From a virus, in IMG/VR virus record IMGVR_UViG_3300013744_000001, positions 1 to 64,000 of that record: 64,000 bases of DNA; one strand, 5' to 3'. Both the position numbers and the translations under genes were made by a program. Below are positions 28,276-37,643 of this stretch, in pieces. The notes below the pieces were generated by a model. That model searched no databases. It saw only the letters and a program-made list of their open reading frames with translations, and was not told the origin of the DNA. Each line of letters starts with the position of its first letter. Positions within the stretch are counted from its first letter, which is position 1.

Positions 28276-29109
28276 ATGAAACTCAAAACCAAAGTGCTTG
28301 TCATCTGTTCCTTGCTGGCTCTGACCATGCTCCTTGTGGCCTGCCCTAAGAACAAACACAAGCCGGACAACTCGGCAATTCCACCACCGCAAACCTTCGT
28401 GGGCTATGGCATTGTCAACAAGTGGCACACCATCGACCCCGAGAAGCTAGCCAACGAGCTTGCAGCCAGAGGCTTGAACATTACGCACATCGAATACGCG
28501 GCGATGAACGACGGACCGATGAATGCATCGTTCGATTTCCATCATGATGCGTACAGGAAGTTCATCACTGCCATGCGGGCTAAAGGCATCTGGACCTTTG
28601 TCAATGTCATCAACTGGAATCGGGTCGACATGTGCAGTGAGGCGTTGAACGATGCCTGGTACATGAACGAGCTGAACTTTATCAAGAGCATGGGTACCAG
28701 CCGCATCATTCTGCAACCGGTCAGCGAATGGGTAGGAGGAAGAAATCACGCCTGTTGGCCGAAGGCCAAGCGCTGGCATGATCTGACCAAGGCCAATTGG
28801 GCGGGTCTGACCTCGTGGAACAGGACCTCCAGACCCAAAAGCCCCGAAGGCTGGGGACATTACTTCGAGTATCATCCCTGCAACATCAACGACCTTGGTC
28901 CCAAATTCGCCATCATGACCACCGACTGCGGCGGGCCTATCCAGTATTACCAGGGTGGCAACGACGAAGGCATGGTGGTACGCAAGGCCGAATTGGAGCG
29001 GTATGTACGAAATGTCTTGCGCTCTGGTCACCATTTCATTTATTATGGGTTCAGGCAACGCACCATCGACACTGGTGCGATGGATGCGATTGCCAGAGGT
29101 AAGCAGTAA
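28276..29109 (+). CDS. lipoprotein (signal peptidase II lipobox LLVAC)
   Basis: MKLKTKVLVICSLLALTMLLVAC is a signal peptide plus lipobox. The mature domain is W/H-rich and its function is unknown. Confidence 0.55.
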   Translation: MKLKTKVLVICSLLALTMLLVACPKNKHKPDNSAIPPPQTFVGYGIVNKWHTIDPEKLANELAARGLNITHIEYAAMNDGPMNASFDFHHDAYRKFITAMRAKGIWTFVNVINWNRVDMCSEALNDAWYMNELNFIKSMGTSRIILQPVSEWVGGRNHACWPKAKRWHDLTKANWAGLTSWNRTSRPKSPEGWGHYFEYHPCNINDLGPKFAIMTTDCGGPIQYYQGGNDEGMVVRKAELERYVRNVLRSGHHFIYYGFRQRTIDTGAMDAIARGKQ

Positions 29110-29157
29110 GCGGTATTCATCGGGCAGGGCTGCTCTGGCCCTGCCCACCTTCATTCT

Positions 29158-29439
29158 TTGGAGACGAACATGAACGAAGACAGACTGAAATTCTATCTGG
29201 AGAGAAGAAAGCAATTTAGCGACTGGTGCCTGCGCGTTGTCTTTGACGACGAGTGGCACAACTCTATGGTCGTAACAGAATGGTCGAAGAAACCTGATGA
29301 AAAAACAATCGACGATATTGTTCAACTTGTGAACAGATCCTTTGAGATACTGTCTAGATATCTGGGAAGAGCTGTAGTAAGAGAAATGGATACCCTCCGT
29401 CAGGGTATGTTACAGAGCGGAATTATCGGAGACAAGTGA
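29158..29439 (+). CDS. hypothetical protein
   Basis: RBS tttGGAGAcgaac. 93-aa ORF. Confidence 0.45.
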   Translation: METNMNEDRLKFYLERRKQFSDWCLRVVFDDEWHNSMVVTEWSKKPDEKTIDDIVQLVNRSFEILSRYLGRAVVREMDTLRQGMLQSGIIGDK

Positions 29440-29864
29440 TGACTCTTACAAAAGACGATGTGATGAATTTTAACTTCGGCGAACGTACGGATACGACTGT
29501 CGGCTTCGCCACTCCCGAGGACTGGATATTCGACGGCCTGAAGGCCTACGCTCAAATGGTGCTCATGGTTGTGCCCCAGTCGTTCAGAGACAAAAGCACC
29601 GAAGAGCTCGAAGCGATGACGCTTGCGGGCCTCAGGAACGCACACGACAAAATCCTGCGCATCGAGCGCGGAGCCCACACGCATCAGCCCATTGAATCAG
29701 TTACCACTATGCAGGCATGGGTGGAGGAAGCGATAATGGATTTTCTCTACAGTGATGTCTTTGTGCTCAAGGGCGAAGGCGCTGCCAGGTGGTCTCAGTT
29801 CTCGGTTGAGATTGCCAAGGCTCCTGCCTTGGCCAGACTGATTGATTTTCTGGAAACGAAATAA
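29436..29864 (+). CDS. hypothetical protein
   Basis: ATGA overlap with the upstream gene. 142-aa ORF. Confidence 0.45.
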   Translation: MMTLTKDDVMNFNFGERTDTTVGFATPEDWIFDGLKAYAQMVLMVVPQSFRDKSTEELEAMTLAGLRNAHDKILRIERGAHTHQPIESVTTMQAWVEEAIMDFLYSDVFVLKGEGAARWSQFSVEIAKAPALARLIDFLETK

Positions 29865-29871
29865 CCGAACT

Positions 29872-29904
29872 ACGATGGGGGTAACGAAACGTTACCCCCA
29901 TCGT
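29872..29904 (+). terminator. rho-independent terminator
   Basis: 15-bp perfect stem acgatgggggtaacg / cgttacccccatcgt with an aaa loop, followed by ttgtattcgttttcg. Confidence 0.7.
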
Positions 29905-29949
29905 TTGTATTCGTTTTCGCTGTAAACACATACACAACAGGAGCAAAGC

Positions 29950-30696
29950 ATGAATGAAGTAACTGTATTCAGATTCGAAGGCACTCGCGAAATTCGTACC
30001 GTTCTCAAAGACGGAGAGCCTTGGTTCGTCGCCAAGGATATTTGTGATATTCTGGAGTTGACAAATCCAACGGTAGCGATCGAATCTTTGGACGACGATG
30101 AACGGTCTAAGTATTTCTTAGGTCGTCAGGGAGAAGTAAATATCATTAACGAGTCCGGACTTTACGCACTGGTGTTCAAATCCCGAAAGCCTGAGGCCAA
30201 GGCGTTTCGCAAGTGGGTTACGTCGGAAGTGCTCCCGGCAATTCGAAAGACTGGACAGTATACAGTAACTGCAACGAATATGATTTCGGAGGAATTCACA
30301 TCCAGAGCTTTCGCAGCTCTGAGGAGTATTGCTGTTACTGCCGGGCTGGAAGGTAACGCTGCTACTGTGTCTGCGGATAATGCGATGAAGCGTATCCATA
30401 ACATTTCTCCACTGAACCTTTTACAGATCGAATTAAAGACTCCCGACCAACAGAGACTTCTGACTCCAACCCAGATTGCCGAGCGACTGAAGCTTTCCGG
30501 TCCCAGAGAAGCGAATCTGATTCTTGCTGCTAAAGGGTTCCAGATCAGAGAAGGTAAACAGTGGTTGCCAACAGACACAGGCAAACCATTTGCAGTACTT
30601 CTGGACACAGATAAACAACACAGCTCGGGCGTCATGATTCAGCAGCTCAAGTGGAAAGAAAGTATTCTGAGTGAGCTCGAAAATCTGGGCAACTGA
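29950..30696 (+). CDS. Bro-N domain antirepressor-like protein
   Basis: N-terminal MNEVTVFRFEGTREIRTVLKDGEPWFVAKDICDIL is the Bro-N signature. C-terminal half is KilAC/ORF6C-like. Paralogs occur at 36693, 62135 and 63356. Confidence 0.75.
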   Translation: MNEVTVFRFEGTREIRTVLKDGEPWFVAKDICDILELTNPTVAIESLDDDERSKYFLGRQGEVNIINESGLYALVFKSRKPEAKAFRKWVTSEVLPAIRKTGQYTVTATNMISEEFTSRAFAALRSIAVTAGLEGNAATVSADNAMKRIHNISPLNLLQIELKTPDQQRLLTPTQIAERLKLSGPREANLILAAKGFQIREGKQWLPTDTGKPFAVLLDTDKQHSSGVMIQQLKWKESILSELENLGN

Positions 30697-30701
30697 GCAA
30701 C

Positions 30702-31556
30702 ATGATTAGAACAGCACATTTATTTGCAGGAGCGGGAGGTGGAATCCTTGCAGACCTTATACTCGGACACGAGCCAAAGCTTGCAGTCGAAATCAGCAAA
30801 CCCTGCTGTCGAATGCTCGAAGCCAGACAACGTGAAGGATGGTTGCCAAGAGACATGCATATCCACTGCGGAGACATCAGGCAATTCGACTGGGAGCCAT
30901 GGGCTGGAAAAGTGGATTGCATCGCAGCGGGGTTCCCTTGTCAGGATATTTCGTGTGCAGGCAAAGGCGTCGGAATTGCCGGAGAGCGAAGCGGACTTGT
31001 CTGGGAAGTGTTTCGGGCAATCGATGCGATCAAGCCCTCCCTTGTCTTCCTCGAAAATTCGCCCTACGTCCGCACCAGAGGGCGGAAAGAAGTTACAGCA
31101 GCTCTGGTGGAGAGGGGATACTGCTGGAGAGACGGAGTCCTTGCCGCGTCTGATGTCGGTGCTCCCCATAAACGGGACAGGTGGTGGCTCCTCGCTGCCA
31201 ACACTGACGGTCTCAGGCAACTGGAACAGGAAAGGGGCCAGCAAGACGAGTGGGGATGGTCTGGCGACAGCGCTGAGACGTCTGCCGACACTCCTTGCAT
31301 CGGACTTCAGAGGGCCGTGCGGTGCGGAGTATTATCGAATATCGATGCAGGAGCGATCGAGGGTGCTGCGCGATACACTACCGCATACTCTTGGTCACCG
31401 CCTGACGCCGGCTTTTGCGGAATGGTGGATGGGGTGGCCAATCAACTGGACTCTGTTTTCAGAGACAGCAAAAGAAACCGCATCGCAGCAGCGGGCAACG
31501 GCCAAGTCCCGCTTCAAGCCGCAGCAGCGTGGCTGATTCTGGCACATACTGTATAA
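30702..31556 (+). CDS. dcm: DNA (cytosine-5)-methyltransferase
   Basis: Motif I FAGAGG, motif IV GFPCQDIS, motif VI ENSP. Confidence 0.85.
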   Translation: MIRTAHLFAGAGGGILADLILGHEPKLAVEISKPCCRMLEARQREGWLPRDMHIHCGDIRQFDWEPWAGKVDCIAAGFPCQDISCAGKGVGIAGERSGLVWEVFRAIDAIKPSLVFLENSPYVRTRGRKEVTAALVERGYCWRDGVLAASDVGAPHKRDRWWLLAANTDGLRQLEQERGQQDEWGWSGDSAETSADTPCIGLQRAVRCGVLSNIDAGAIEGAARYTTAYSWSPPDAGFCGMVDGVANQLDSVFRDSKRNRIAAAGNGQVPLQAAAAWLILAHTV

Positions 31557-31575
31557 TCATGGAGGAGGAAACAAA

Positions 31576-32607
31576 ATGGCCAAAATACTTTTTTCACATT
31601 CCGTTTTTCCCATGCAGTTCACTCGCATTGCAACCTTCATGGCAAATCTCGGTCACGAATGTCTCTTCGTAGCACCGGAGGCTGGGAGCGACATACGTTT
31701 GCCGGGTGTACAGTTTCTTCAGCATCAGGCCTTTGATTACGACAGCATGAAGCTGTTCTGTGAACGGTTGCGAGACAGAGGCTTTGTTCCCGATGTCATC
31801 TATGCTGCGTCATGGTGTGGGGATTTCCCTGCGTTCAAGGAAGTATTCCCTCTCGCCAGACTGGTCGGCTATTTCAGATGGCCCAGCGGTGAGTATAATT
31901 TGCTGGACCTCTCTGTCTGTGACAGAGCCGTTTCGCCCACAGAGTTTCAGAAAACAATGTTCCACAGTGACAAGATTGAAGTCGTGCACGAAGGCATAGA
32001 CACAGAGTACTTCGCAACTGTGGATGAACGATGGAAGGACGAAGACGTCATCACATACACCACCAGAGGAATGGAACCGCTCAGATGTTTCCCTGAGTTC
32101 ATGGAATCGATGGAGTATGTGCTTGGTCGTATGCCTCAAGCCCATGTTGTCATCGCAGGCGAGGACAAGTGCTTTTACGGTGGTAGCCGGATAGACGGTA
32201 AAGGTTGGGGAGAACACATGCTGGAAATATTATCCTTACCCAGAGACCGGGTACACTTTGTCGGTACGCTTCCGTATGAGAGGTACAGGGATCTCTTGCG
32301 CAAATCCGCTGTCCATGTGTACCTGACTAAGCCATACGTGTTGTCATGGTCTCTCTTGGAAGCTATGTCCTGCGGTTGCCTTGTTGTCAGCAATGCTGTA
32401 GCTCCTGTGAAGGAAGTAATAGTGAACAGTAAGAACGGTATTCTGTCCAACACATGGTCCGACCTATCGTTTCATATCCTCGATGCTCTGGTCAACAAAG
32501 CATCCAGCAAAATGCTTGCGATGCGACAACAAGCAAGGCAGACGATAGAGAAGAGGTTTGAGTTGAAGAAGTGTCTCTGTAAACTGGAAAGGATTCTGAT
32601 GTCATAA
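31576..32607 (+). CDS. GT-B fold glycosyltransferase (GT4-like)
   Basis: C-terminal EAMSCGCLVVSNAVAPVKEVIVNSKNGIL matches the E-x7-E sugar-donor motif. RBS atGGAGGAGGaaacaaa. Confidence 0.6.
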   Translation: MAKILFSHSVFPMQFTRIATFMANLGHECLFVAPEAGSDIRLPGVQFLQHQAFDYDSMKLFCERLRDRGFVPDVIYAASWCGDFPAFKEVFPLARLVGYFRWPSGEYNLLDLSVCDRAVSPTEFQKTMFHSDKIEVVHEGIDTEYFATVDERWKDEDVITYTTRGMEPLRCFPEFMESMEYVLGRMPQAHVVIAGEDKCFYGGSRIDGKGWGEHMLEILSLPRDRVHFVGTLPYERYRDLLRKSAVHVYLTKPYVLSWSLLEAMSCGCLVVSNAVAPVKEVIVNSKNGILSNTWSDLSFHILDALVNKASSKMLAMRQQARQTIEKRFELKKCLCKLERILMS

Positions 32608-32614
32608 AACAAAC

Positions 32615-32645
32615 GACCCTCTGTAGCACCTGGCCACAGAGGGTC
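32615..32645. terminator. bidirectional hairpin terminator at the strand switch
   Basis: gaccctctgt - 11-nt loop - acagagggtc, between convergent genes ending at 32607 (+) and 32707/32912 (-). Confidence 0.65.
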
Positions 32646-32706
32646 TCGACTGTCACCCCAACCACTAGAGTAACGGATGACTTTGTAACACAGACTATTT
32701 GCTCTG

Positions 32707-32910
32707 TCAAGGGAACAACATCCTCATTTCCCGCATACACCATCCATACAAAGCAATCTTCACCTCCTTCTCCTCTGCTACGAATGGCAGAGTAAACAGC
32801 ATGCGTTCGCTGCTGTCCAGAATGTCTGTCGTACTCTTCGTCCTGCCCCAGAAGAAGACAGTATCGAAGAGCCTGATGATGCGAAAATCATAGTCGTGTG
32901 TCGTTTCCAT
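32707..32910 (-). CDS. small hypothetical protein downstream of tail fibre (possible fibre chaperone)
   Basis: ATG overlaps the tail-fibre stop (TGAtATG). 67 aa. Support is weak. Confidence 0.2.
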   Translation of the reverse strand: METTHDYDFRIIRLFDTVFFWGRTKSTTDILDSSERMLFTLPFVAEEKEVKIALYGWCMREMRMLFP

Positions 32911-32911
32911 A

Positions 32912-35185
32912 TCACTTCAGATCCGGTCTGGCGTCGAACGTCAGTTTGAGATTATCAACAGAATATGCATGCTGAGTAGCAGTACCAACATCGACCAAAA
33001 CTGTATAGTCGCGATTGGTTACTTCGACTTTGTCGAATGTGCATTCGTCAAACGTTGCATCTGTCTGATCAACAATGACCATTGGTACTTTGACCATCTG
33101 CCTGATGAGCGAGCCACTCTTGCCGATGAACCCTTTACCATTTATGTCGCCACCATTCGGGTGCTCTTTTCCCAGCCTGCGACCGCTGAGCTGCGTGTTA
33201 ATAACCTGGAAGTATCGTTGGCAATCGTACAGAGCATTCTGGTACGCCTGCCTGTCGGAGCAAGGCTCTTCGCCTTCGCGGAGTACACGGTAGCGAAGCA
33301 ACATGAACAGTCCTTCCTGATGCGCCAGTTCCCCAGCGGCTTCGCTGAGCGTCAGAGTCACTTTTAGATAGCCAAAGCTTTTCAGCATATCGTCGGAAAC
33401 AGATGGCAGCGGCAAATTGGCAAATGCCTTGCTGGGGTCAAACTCGGCAATGAACCATCCGCCTTCAGGATAATCAGCCTGCGATGTATTCAATGTGAGA
33501 ATAACCGGCTCCGGTTGATTCATACCGGGGATTGAGGTGTTGCCAACATGAATGCTCAGGCCGACTTTTACTTTCTTCCAGCCCATCGCTCCATTCAATT
33601 GCGCCACACAGAACGCTACCTTGATCTTTTGGAACTTCTTGGGATAACTACTGAGATCAACAGGAGTACAATACGCAAATGCATCCGGTACAAAGAACTT
33701 CAGTGCCGCAGTATTATTAGCATTGCCATCGTTAGGATTGGTCACTTCCGCACTAAGATAAGCAAGATGATTCGGCGAACCTTCTACACCGCTCTGCGCG
33801 TAACTCTGAGGATTGAAGTTTCTGCTCACCCGAATCGAAGCAGTGCCGTTTTTCTCGGCCCAGACACCGTCGACGCCAGTGTATCCGCCAACAAAGCCTG
33901 TGCCGCCTCCGGCTGTGTATTCCGCAGGACCTTGGTTAACAAGGAAATCACCGTTGAATTCATGAGGCAGAGATCCGCGTACGCAAACGCCCTTGCTCTT
34001 CTTCAGCGCCTCGATAGCAGCATCGATGCGGGCGATTTCGGAGAGCGTAGCAGCTCTGTCAGCCTTGCCGGCCAGAGCCGTCGTAGTCTCGGCGGCGTCT
34101 GCCTTGGTATCGGCATGCGCATTGGCAGCGGCAAGAGTAGTTGCGTCGTGCTCATCGCTATGCTTGTTGGCAGCACTCAGCGTCTCGGTGGCCTTGGTGT
34201 CGGCATATGCCTTGGCTCCGTTCAACGCAGCGTCTGCAGCGTCGGTAGCGAAGTCTTTGGCACTCTGCAGAGTCTGTGCATTCTGATCGTCTACATAGGT
34301 CTTGGTCGTAAACTCGCTGACGTCGGGTACAGTGGCAGAGACCTTGTAATCAACTGTGCCACTAGGCAACGTAGCCTTCTCAACCGTGATATTGTCACCC
34401 TGGCTAACCTGTACATTGGCACCAGTGCCCGCAGCGGTGGAGGAAACAGTGAAGGTATGCGTATCACCGACCACATCCTCAGAGACTGTGACATTGGCAC
34501 CGGCCTTGACCACTGTCTTGGTATCCGTATCAACAAACGTACCATCGGGAACGGATACCTTATAGTTGATTGTGTCAGCAAGTGTTTCCTTGTCGACCTG
34601 AATACCTTTGCCACCCTTGACCTCGACTGTGGGTTCTGTGGATGCCACGGTAAAGGTTGTTTTGCCTGCGACTTCGGTCTTCTGTACGTCAATCCCACGA
34701 CCGGCTTCGACTTCGACCGTACTGACAGGAGTAGTAGTAGCAGTAGCGTTGACCGTGTAGGTATGTGTATCGTTGACCACTTCCTCGGAGACCGTCACAT
34801 TTGTGCCGGCCTTGACCACCGTCTTGGTATCGGTACCAGGCAGAGCGTCGATCTTCTGCTCCAGCTCCTCGATCTTCATCTGCAGATCGTTGCAGCAATC
34901 GGGCCCGGCCGCAGAGGCGGCATTGACGGAGACCATAATGCGACCGCGGGTGTTCACACCTTTGATGCAGATCTTGTAACGCCCCGGAGCTTTGATAGTA
35001 AAGGTTTCGTTGCCTTTGCTCAGACGCACCAACTCATTCAGAGCCGTGTCCTGAATGGTGGCGTAGCACAGATCGTCGCAGGTCTCCAGCCTGAAGGTCG
35101 CGTAGACCAGAGGAGAGACCGTGTACCAGTCACAGGTACGAGGAGAGAATGCAGAATCTTTTGTCAGAAAAGTTTCCCAGCCCAT
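32912..35185 (-). CDS. tail fibre / receptor-binding protein
   Basis: ATG at 35185 follows AAGGGGttctact. An internal ~60-aa repeat occurs twice (KTVVKAG(T/A)NVTVSE(E/D)VV(N/G)DTHT(Y/F)TV), then an Ala-rich coiled segment. The longer ORF-track frame from 35572 overlaps the endolysin and was trimmed. Confidence 0.6.
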   Translation of the reverse strand: MGWETFLTKDSAFSPRTCDWYTVSPLVYATFRLETCDDLCYATIQDTALNELVRLSKGNETFTIKAPGRYKICIKGVNTRGRIMVSVNAASAAGPDCCNDLQMKIEELEQKIDALPGTDTKTVVKAGTNVTVSEEVVNDTHTYTVNATATTTPVSTVEVEAGRGIDVQKTEVAGKTTFTVASTEPTVEVKGGKGIQVDKETLADTINYKVSVPDGTFVDTDTKTVVKAGANVTVSEDVVGDTHTFTVSSTAAGTGANVQVSQGDNITVEKATLPSGTVDYKVSATVPDVSEFTTKTYVDDQNAQTLQSAKDFATDAADAALNGAKAYADTKATETLSAANKHSDEHDATTLAAANAHADTKADAAETTTALAGKADRAATLSEIARIDAAIEALKKSKGVCVRGSLPHEFNGDFLVNQGPAEYTAGGGTGFVGGYTGVDGVWAEKNGTASIRVSRNFNPQSYAQSGVEGSPNHLAYLSAEVTNPNDGNANNTAALKFFVPDAFAYCTPVDLSSYPKKFQKIKVAFCVAQLNGAMGWKKVKVGLSIHVGNTSIPGMNQPEPVILTLNTSQADYPEGGWFIAEFDPSKAFANLPLPSVSDDMLKSFGYLKVTLTLSEAAGELAHQEGLFMLLRYRVLREGEEPCSDRQAYQNALYDCQRYFQVINTQLSGRRLGKEHPNGGDINGKGFIGKSGSLIRQMVKVPMVIVDQTDATFDECTFDKVEVTNRDYTVLVDVGTATQHAYSVDNLKLTFDARPDLK

Positions 35186-35207
35186 AGTAGAACCCCTTGT
35201 TTTAAGG

Positions 35208-35702
35208 TTAGACGGGTAAGCGGACAAAGCCTTCTTTGTCCAGAGGTAATTTCGCAAGTCTTGAAACACTGAGACCAAAGGTCTTTTGCACATGACAGTA
35301 CTCCCTGAATGTCTTCCAGTCTCCGGCCCACTCCCAACCGGCCTCCTTGAACTGGCCCACAATCTCCATCCAGTCTGCCTTGCCGTCATGGTCAAAGTCC
35401 TGCATCGTATCCCACGAAGCATACTTGCCACCGTCAATAATGAGGCAGAAGTCCATGGCCAGACCATAGTTGTGCACAGACTGACCACCCTGTGCATTGG
35501 TGACAATTTTGCCCGGTCGGGCTCGGCCCATGCTGTACAGTACGTTCTGTTCGGCAACGCTCCTGAACCCACAGGTCACCCGCATTTTGGCTCTGCCGGT
35601 CAGCATCTCGTTGTTGATTTTCTCGAATAACAGAATCGCTTCATCCCGAAGTTTGGGATGAAGCGATGCAATTCGTCGTTCGCTTAAAGGATCACTGTGC
35701 AT
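35208..35702 (-). CDS. endolysin, peptidase M15 family (L-Ala-D-Glu peptidase / D,D-carboxypeptidase fold)
   Basis: Zn-ligand motifs GQSVHNYGLAMDF (HxxxxxxD) and WEWAGDW...HV. The start may instead be the GTG at 35711. Confidence 0.65.
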   Translation of the reverse strand: MHSDPLSERRIASLHPKLRDEAILLFEKINNEMLTGRAKMRVTCGFRSVAEQNVLYSMGRARPGKIVTNAQGGQSVHNYGLAMDFCLIIDGGKYASWDTMQDFDHDGKADWMEIVGQFKEAGWEWAGDWKTFREYCHVQKTFGLSVSRLAKLPLDKEGFVRLPV

Positions 35703-36078
35703 CGTTCTCACTCTGCATGGTAATTTCGAGAGCTTTGGAAGCGTCGTTCATTTCCATCAGCACATCACGAAGCCGCTTGGCAGCAGCTTTGAGGATACCG
35801 CGGAAGGTGTCGTCGTGAACCGTGTCCGCATACTTATCAATCCATTCCACAAACTTCAGTTCCTGTTCCTTGAACATGCCCTCGAAGAGAACAAGACCGG
35901 CAGTGTACTCCCAGATCTTGTCATCCAAAGTACCCGGAATCTTGTTCGTTACTTTGGTACCACCTTCGTAAATCTTCTGCTTGAGTGCATAGATATTCTT
36001 GGGTGTGATGTGAGAAAGCGCCCAATCGACGAGGGCAGGAAGAACCAGCTGGATAATTCGTTTCTGTAGGATGTTCAT
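35692..36078 (-). CDS. hypothetical protein with one hydrophobic segment (lysis-cassette associated)
   Basis: ATG at 36078 follows AAGGGGGaatgac. Hydrophobic stretch IIQLVLPALVDWAL. Confidence 0.4.
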   Translation of the reverse strand: MNILQKRIIQLVLPALVDWALSHITPKNIYALKQKIYEGGTKVTNKIPGTLDDKIWEYTAGLVLFEGMFKEQELKFVEWIDKYADTVHDDTFRGILKAAAKRLRDVLMEMNDASKALEITMQSENDAQ

Positions 36079-36079
36079 G

Positions 36080-36412
36080 TCATTCCCCCTTTTCACTGTA
36101 CATGGTGTCTGTGTAAAAATACGCTCCTGCAATCTCGCAGTAGCTTTCGCTCTGCTCGATATCATTGATGTCGTCGGTTACATAGATGCGCGCAGGCTTC
36201 AAAACAGTTACTTTCAGGTCCAGAACCTTGAAAGCGTCTGCAATGTTGGCAGCAAACTGCCTGCCGATGTGGTCAAAGACTTTGCCGTTCTTGACACTGT
36301 AACCCTTGTTCCTCAGCAGATCGGCATCGTAGACTTCTCGGCTGAGCGTCTTCATGACTACGTCGCCGTAGGCCAGAACAAACTCGGTCACGTTTACGCG
36401 TTTTCTTGCCAT
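36080..36412 (-). CDS. hypothetical protein
   Basis: RBS AGAGGGGGaatcttcg. 110-aa ORF. Confidence 0.4.
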   Translation of the reverse strand: MARKRVNVTEFVLAYGDVVMKTLSREVYDADLLRNKGYSVKNGKVFDHIGRQFAANIADAFKVLDLKVTVLKPARIYVTDDINDIEQSESYCEIAGAYFYTDTMYSEKGE

Positions 36413-36696
36413 CGAAGATTCCCCCTCTTTTCGAGCTTGTTAAAATTTTCTGCTATGTTCTTGAGGTCTCGTGCCATCTCGTTCAATTTGTTTTCCAGAG
36501 TCTTGTACTGATACTGTGATACTGCATTGTCAGTTTTGAGGTTGCTCAGTGTATGCTCTGTCTCATCCACCCTTCGTTTAATTTCATCTATCTGCATCGT
36601 CACCGACCTCAGGGAAACTTTTATCGTTGCATACGCTGTGCCGCAGGAGAAGATGACACAGAGTATCGCCCACATGCCGTTCAGCTCGTCAATCAT
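36394..36696 (-). CDS. membrane protein: N-terminal TM helix plus coiled coil (holin- or i-spanin-like)
   Basis: MWAILCVIFSCGTAYATI is a TM segment followed by a charged coiled-coil region. It lies within the lysis cluster. RBS cAAAGAGGcaaagcct. Confidence 0.4.
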   Translation of the reverse strand: MIDELNGMWAILCVIFSCGTAYATIKVSLRSVTMQIDEIKRRVDETEHTLSNLKTDNAVSQYQYKTLENKLNEMARDLKNIAENFNKLEKRGNLRWQENA

Positions 36697-37457
36697 AGGC
36701 TTTGCCTCTTTGGTTTGAGCTTGTCACAAATCTTCTCCTTCCACTTCATCTGCTGGATCATGACACCGTCCGAATGTCGTTTGCCTGTGTCCAGAAGAAC
36801 CACATAATCCCGACCCTTGTCCGTAGGTACCCATGTACCGTTTATATTACTCTGAAATCCTTCATGTGCAAGAAGTTTGTTTACTTCTCTTGGACCGAAG
36901 AAACCAAGACGCTGTGCAATCTGTGTAGGAGTGAGGAAGAATTGCTGGTCAGGGTTCTTCAGTTCAATCTGCAAAAGCTTCAGGGGAGACACTTTATAAA
37001 TGCGCATCATCGCATTGTCAGCCGACACTGTGGCCGCATTACCTTCGAGTCCGGCAGTAATAGCTATGCTCCTCAGAGCTGCAAACGTTCTGGATGTAAA
37101 CTCTTCCGAAGTCATATTCGCTGTTGCCACTTTATACTGCCCAGTCTTGCGAATGGTCGGAAGTACTTCCTCGAAGATCCAAGCCTCAAACGCTTGGGCG
37201 GCCGGCAACTGGGAGCTTACGATTAATCTGTACAGATCAGGCTCTGTCAGGAAACGTATGTCCTGCACACCACCTGCTGTTTGAAGGGGGTAGCATTTTG
37301 CTACCCCCTTGCAATGTTGCTTGATGGCATCAGACGCATTGACATAGCCCAGAATTTCACAGACATCCTTGCCGCAGAAGAGAGGGTTTCCGTCGATATC
37401 AACGATAGTGCGAACCTGACCCTGACCATTGAAACTGAATACTGTCATTTCATTCAT
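36693..37457 (-). CDS. Bro-N domain antirepressor-like protein (GNPLFCGKDVCEILGY subfamily)
   Basis: MNEMTVFSFNGQGQVRTIVDIDGNPLFCGKDVCEILGY is Bro-N. The C-terminal half parallels the 29950 product. Confidence 0.7.
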   Translation of the reverse strand: MNEMTVFSFNGQGQVRTIVDIDGNPLFCGKDVCEILGYVNASDAIKQHCKGVAKCYPLQTAGGVQDIRFLTEPDLYRLIVSSQLPAAQAFEAWIFEEVLPTIRKTGQYKVATANMTSEEFTSRTFAALRSIAITAGLEGNAATVSADNAMMRIYKVSPLKLLQIELKNPDQQFFLTPTQIAQRLGFFGPREVNKLLAHEGFQSNINGTWVPTDKGRDYVVLLDTGKRHSDGVMIQQMKWKEKICDKLKPKRQSL

Positions 37458-37477
37458 GATAATTTCCTTTTAAGATT

Positions 37478-37643
37478 CATCTAAAATAAAATTTCCCAAC
37501 ATCGGTATTACCGATGTTGGTGCTGACCAATTACATGGGCCGTCCGCCCCGACGCATTTCAGGAAACGTCGTATATCTGTCAAAGTTAGACTCGTCTAAA
37601 ATAGGATTCCCAACATCGGTAATACCGATGTTGGGATTAATAC
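37478..37643. repeat. two copies of a ~45-bp element containing the perfect palindrome ccaacatcggta(tt/at)accgatgttgg
   Basis: Copy 1 at 37478..37526, copy 2 at 37589..37643. Both share tc(a/g)tctaaaata...ttcccaacatcggtaNNaccgatgttgg. Confidence 0.8.

Noticed and set aside
26512-29325. Minus-strand ORFs of 310, 278 and 292 aa
   Set aside because: Antisense to the portal-sized and lipoprotein genes, with no RBS, in a region transcribed on the plus strand and ending at a plus-strand terminator.
33548-35272. 574-aa plus-strand ORF
   Set aside because: Shadow frame of the tail-fibre gene. It is Ser/Gly/Arg-rich with no start context.
35186-35572. N-terminal 129 codons of the 886-aa ORF-track frame 32912..35572
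   Set aside because: This part overlaps the M15 endolysin gene and has no RBS. An internal ATG at 35185 with AAGGGG, 23 nt after the endolysin stop, is the plausible tail-fibre start.
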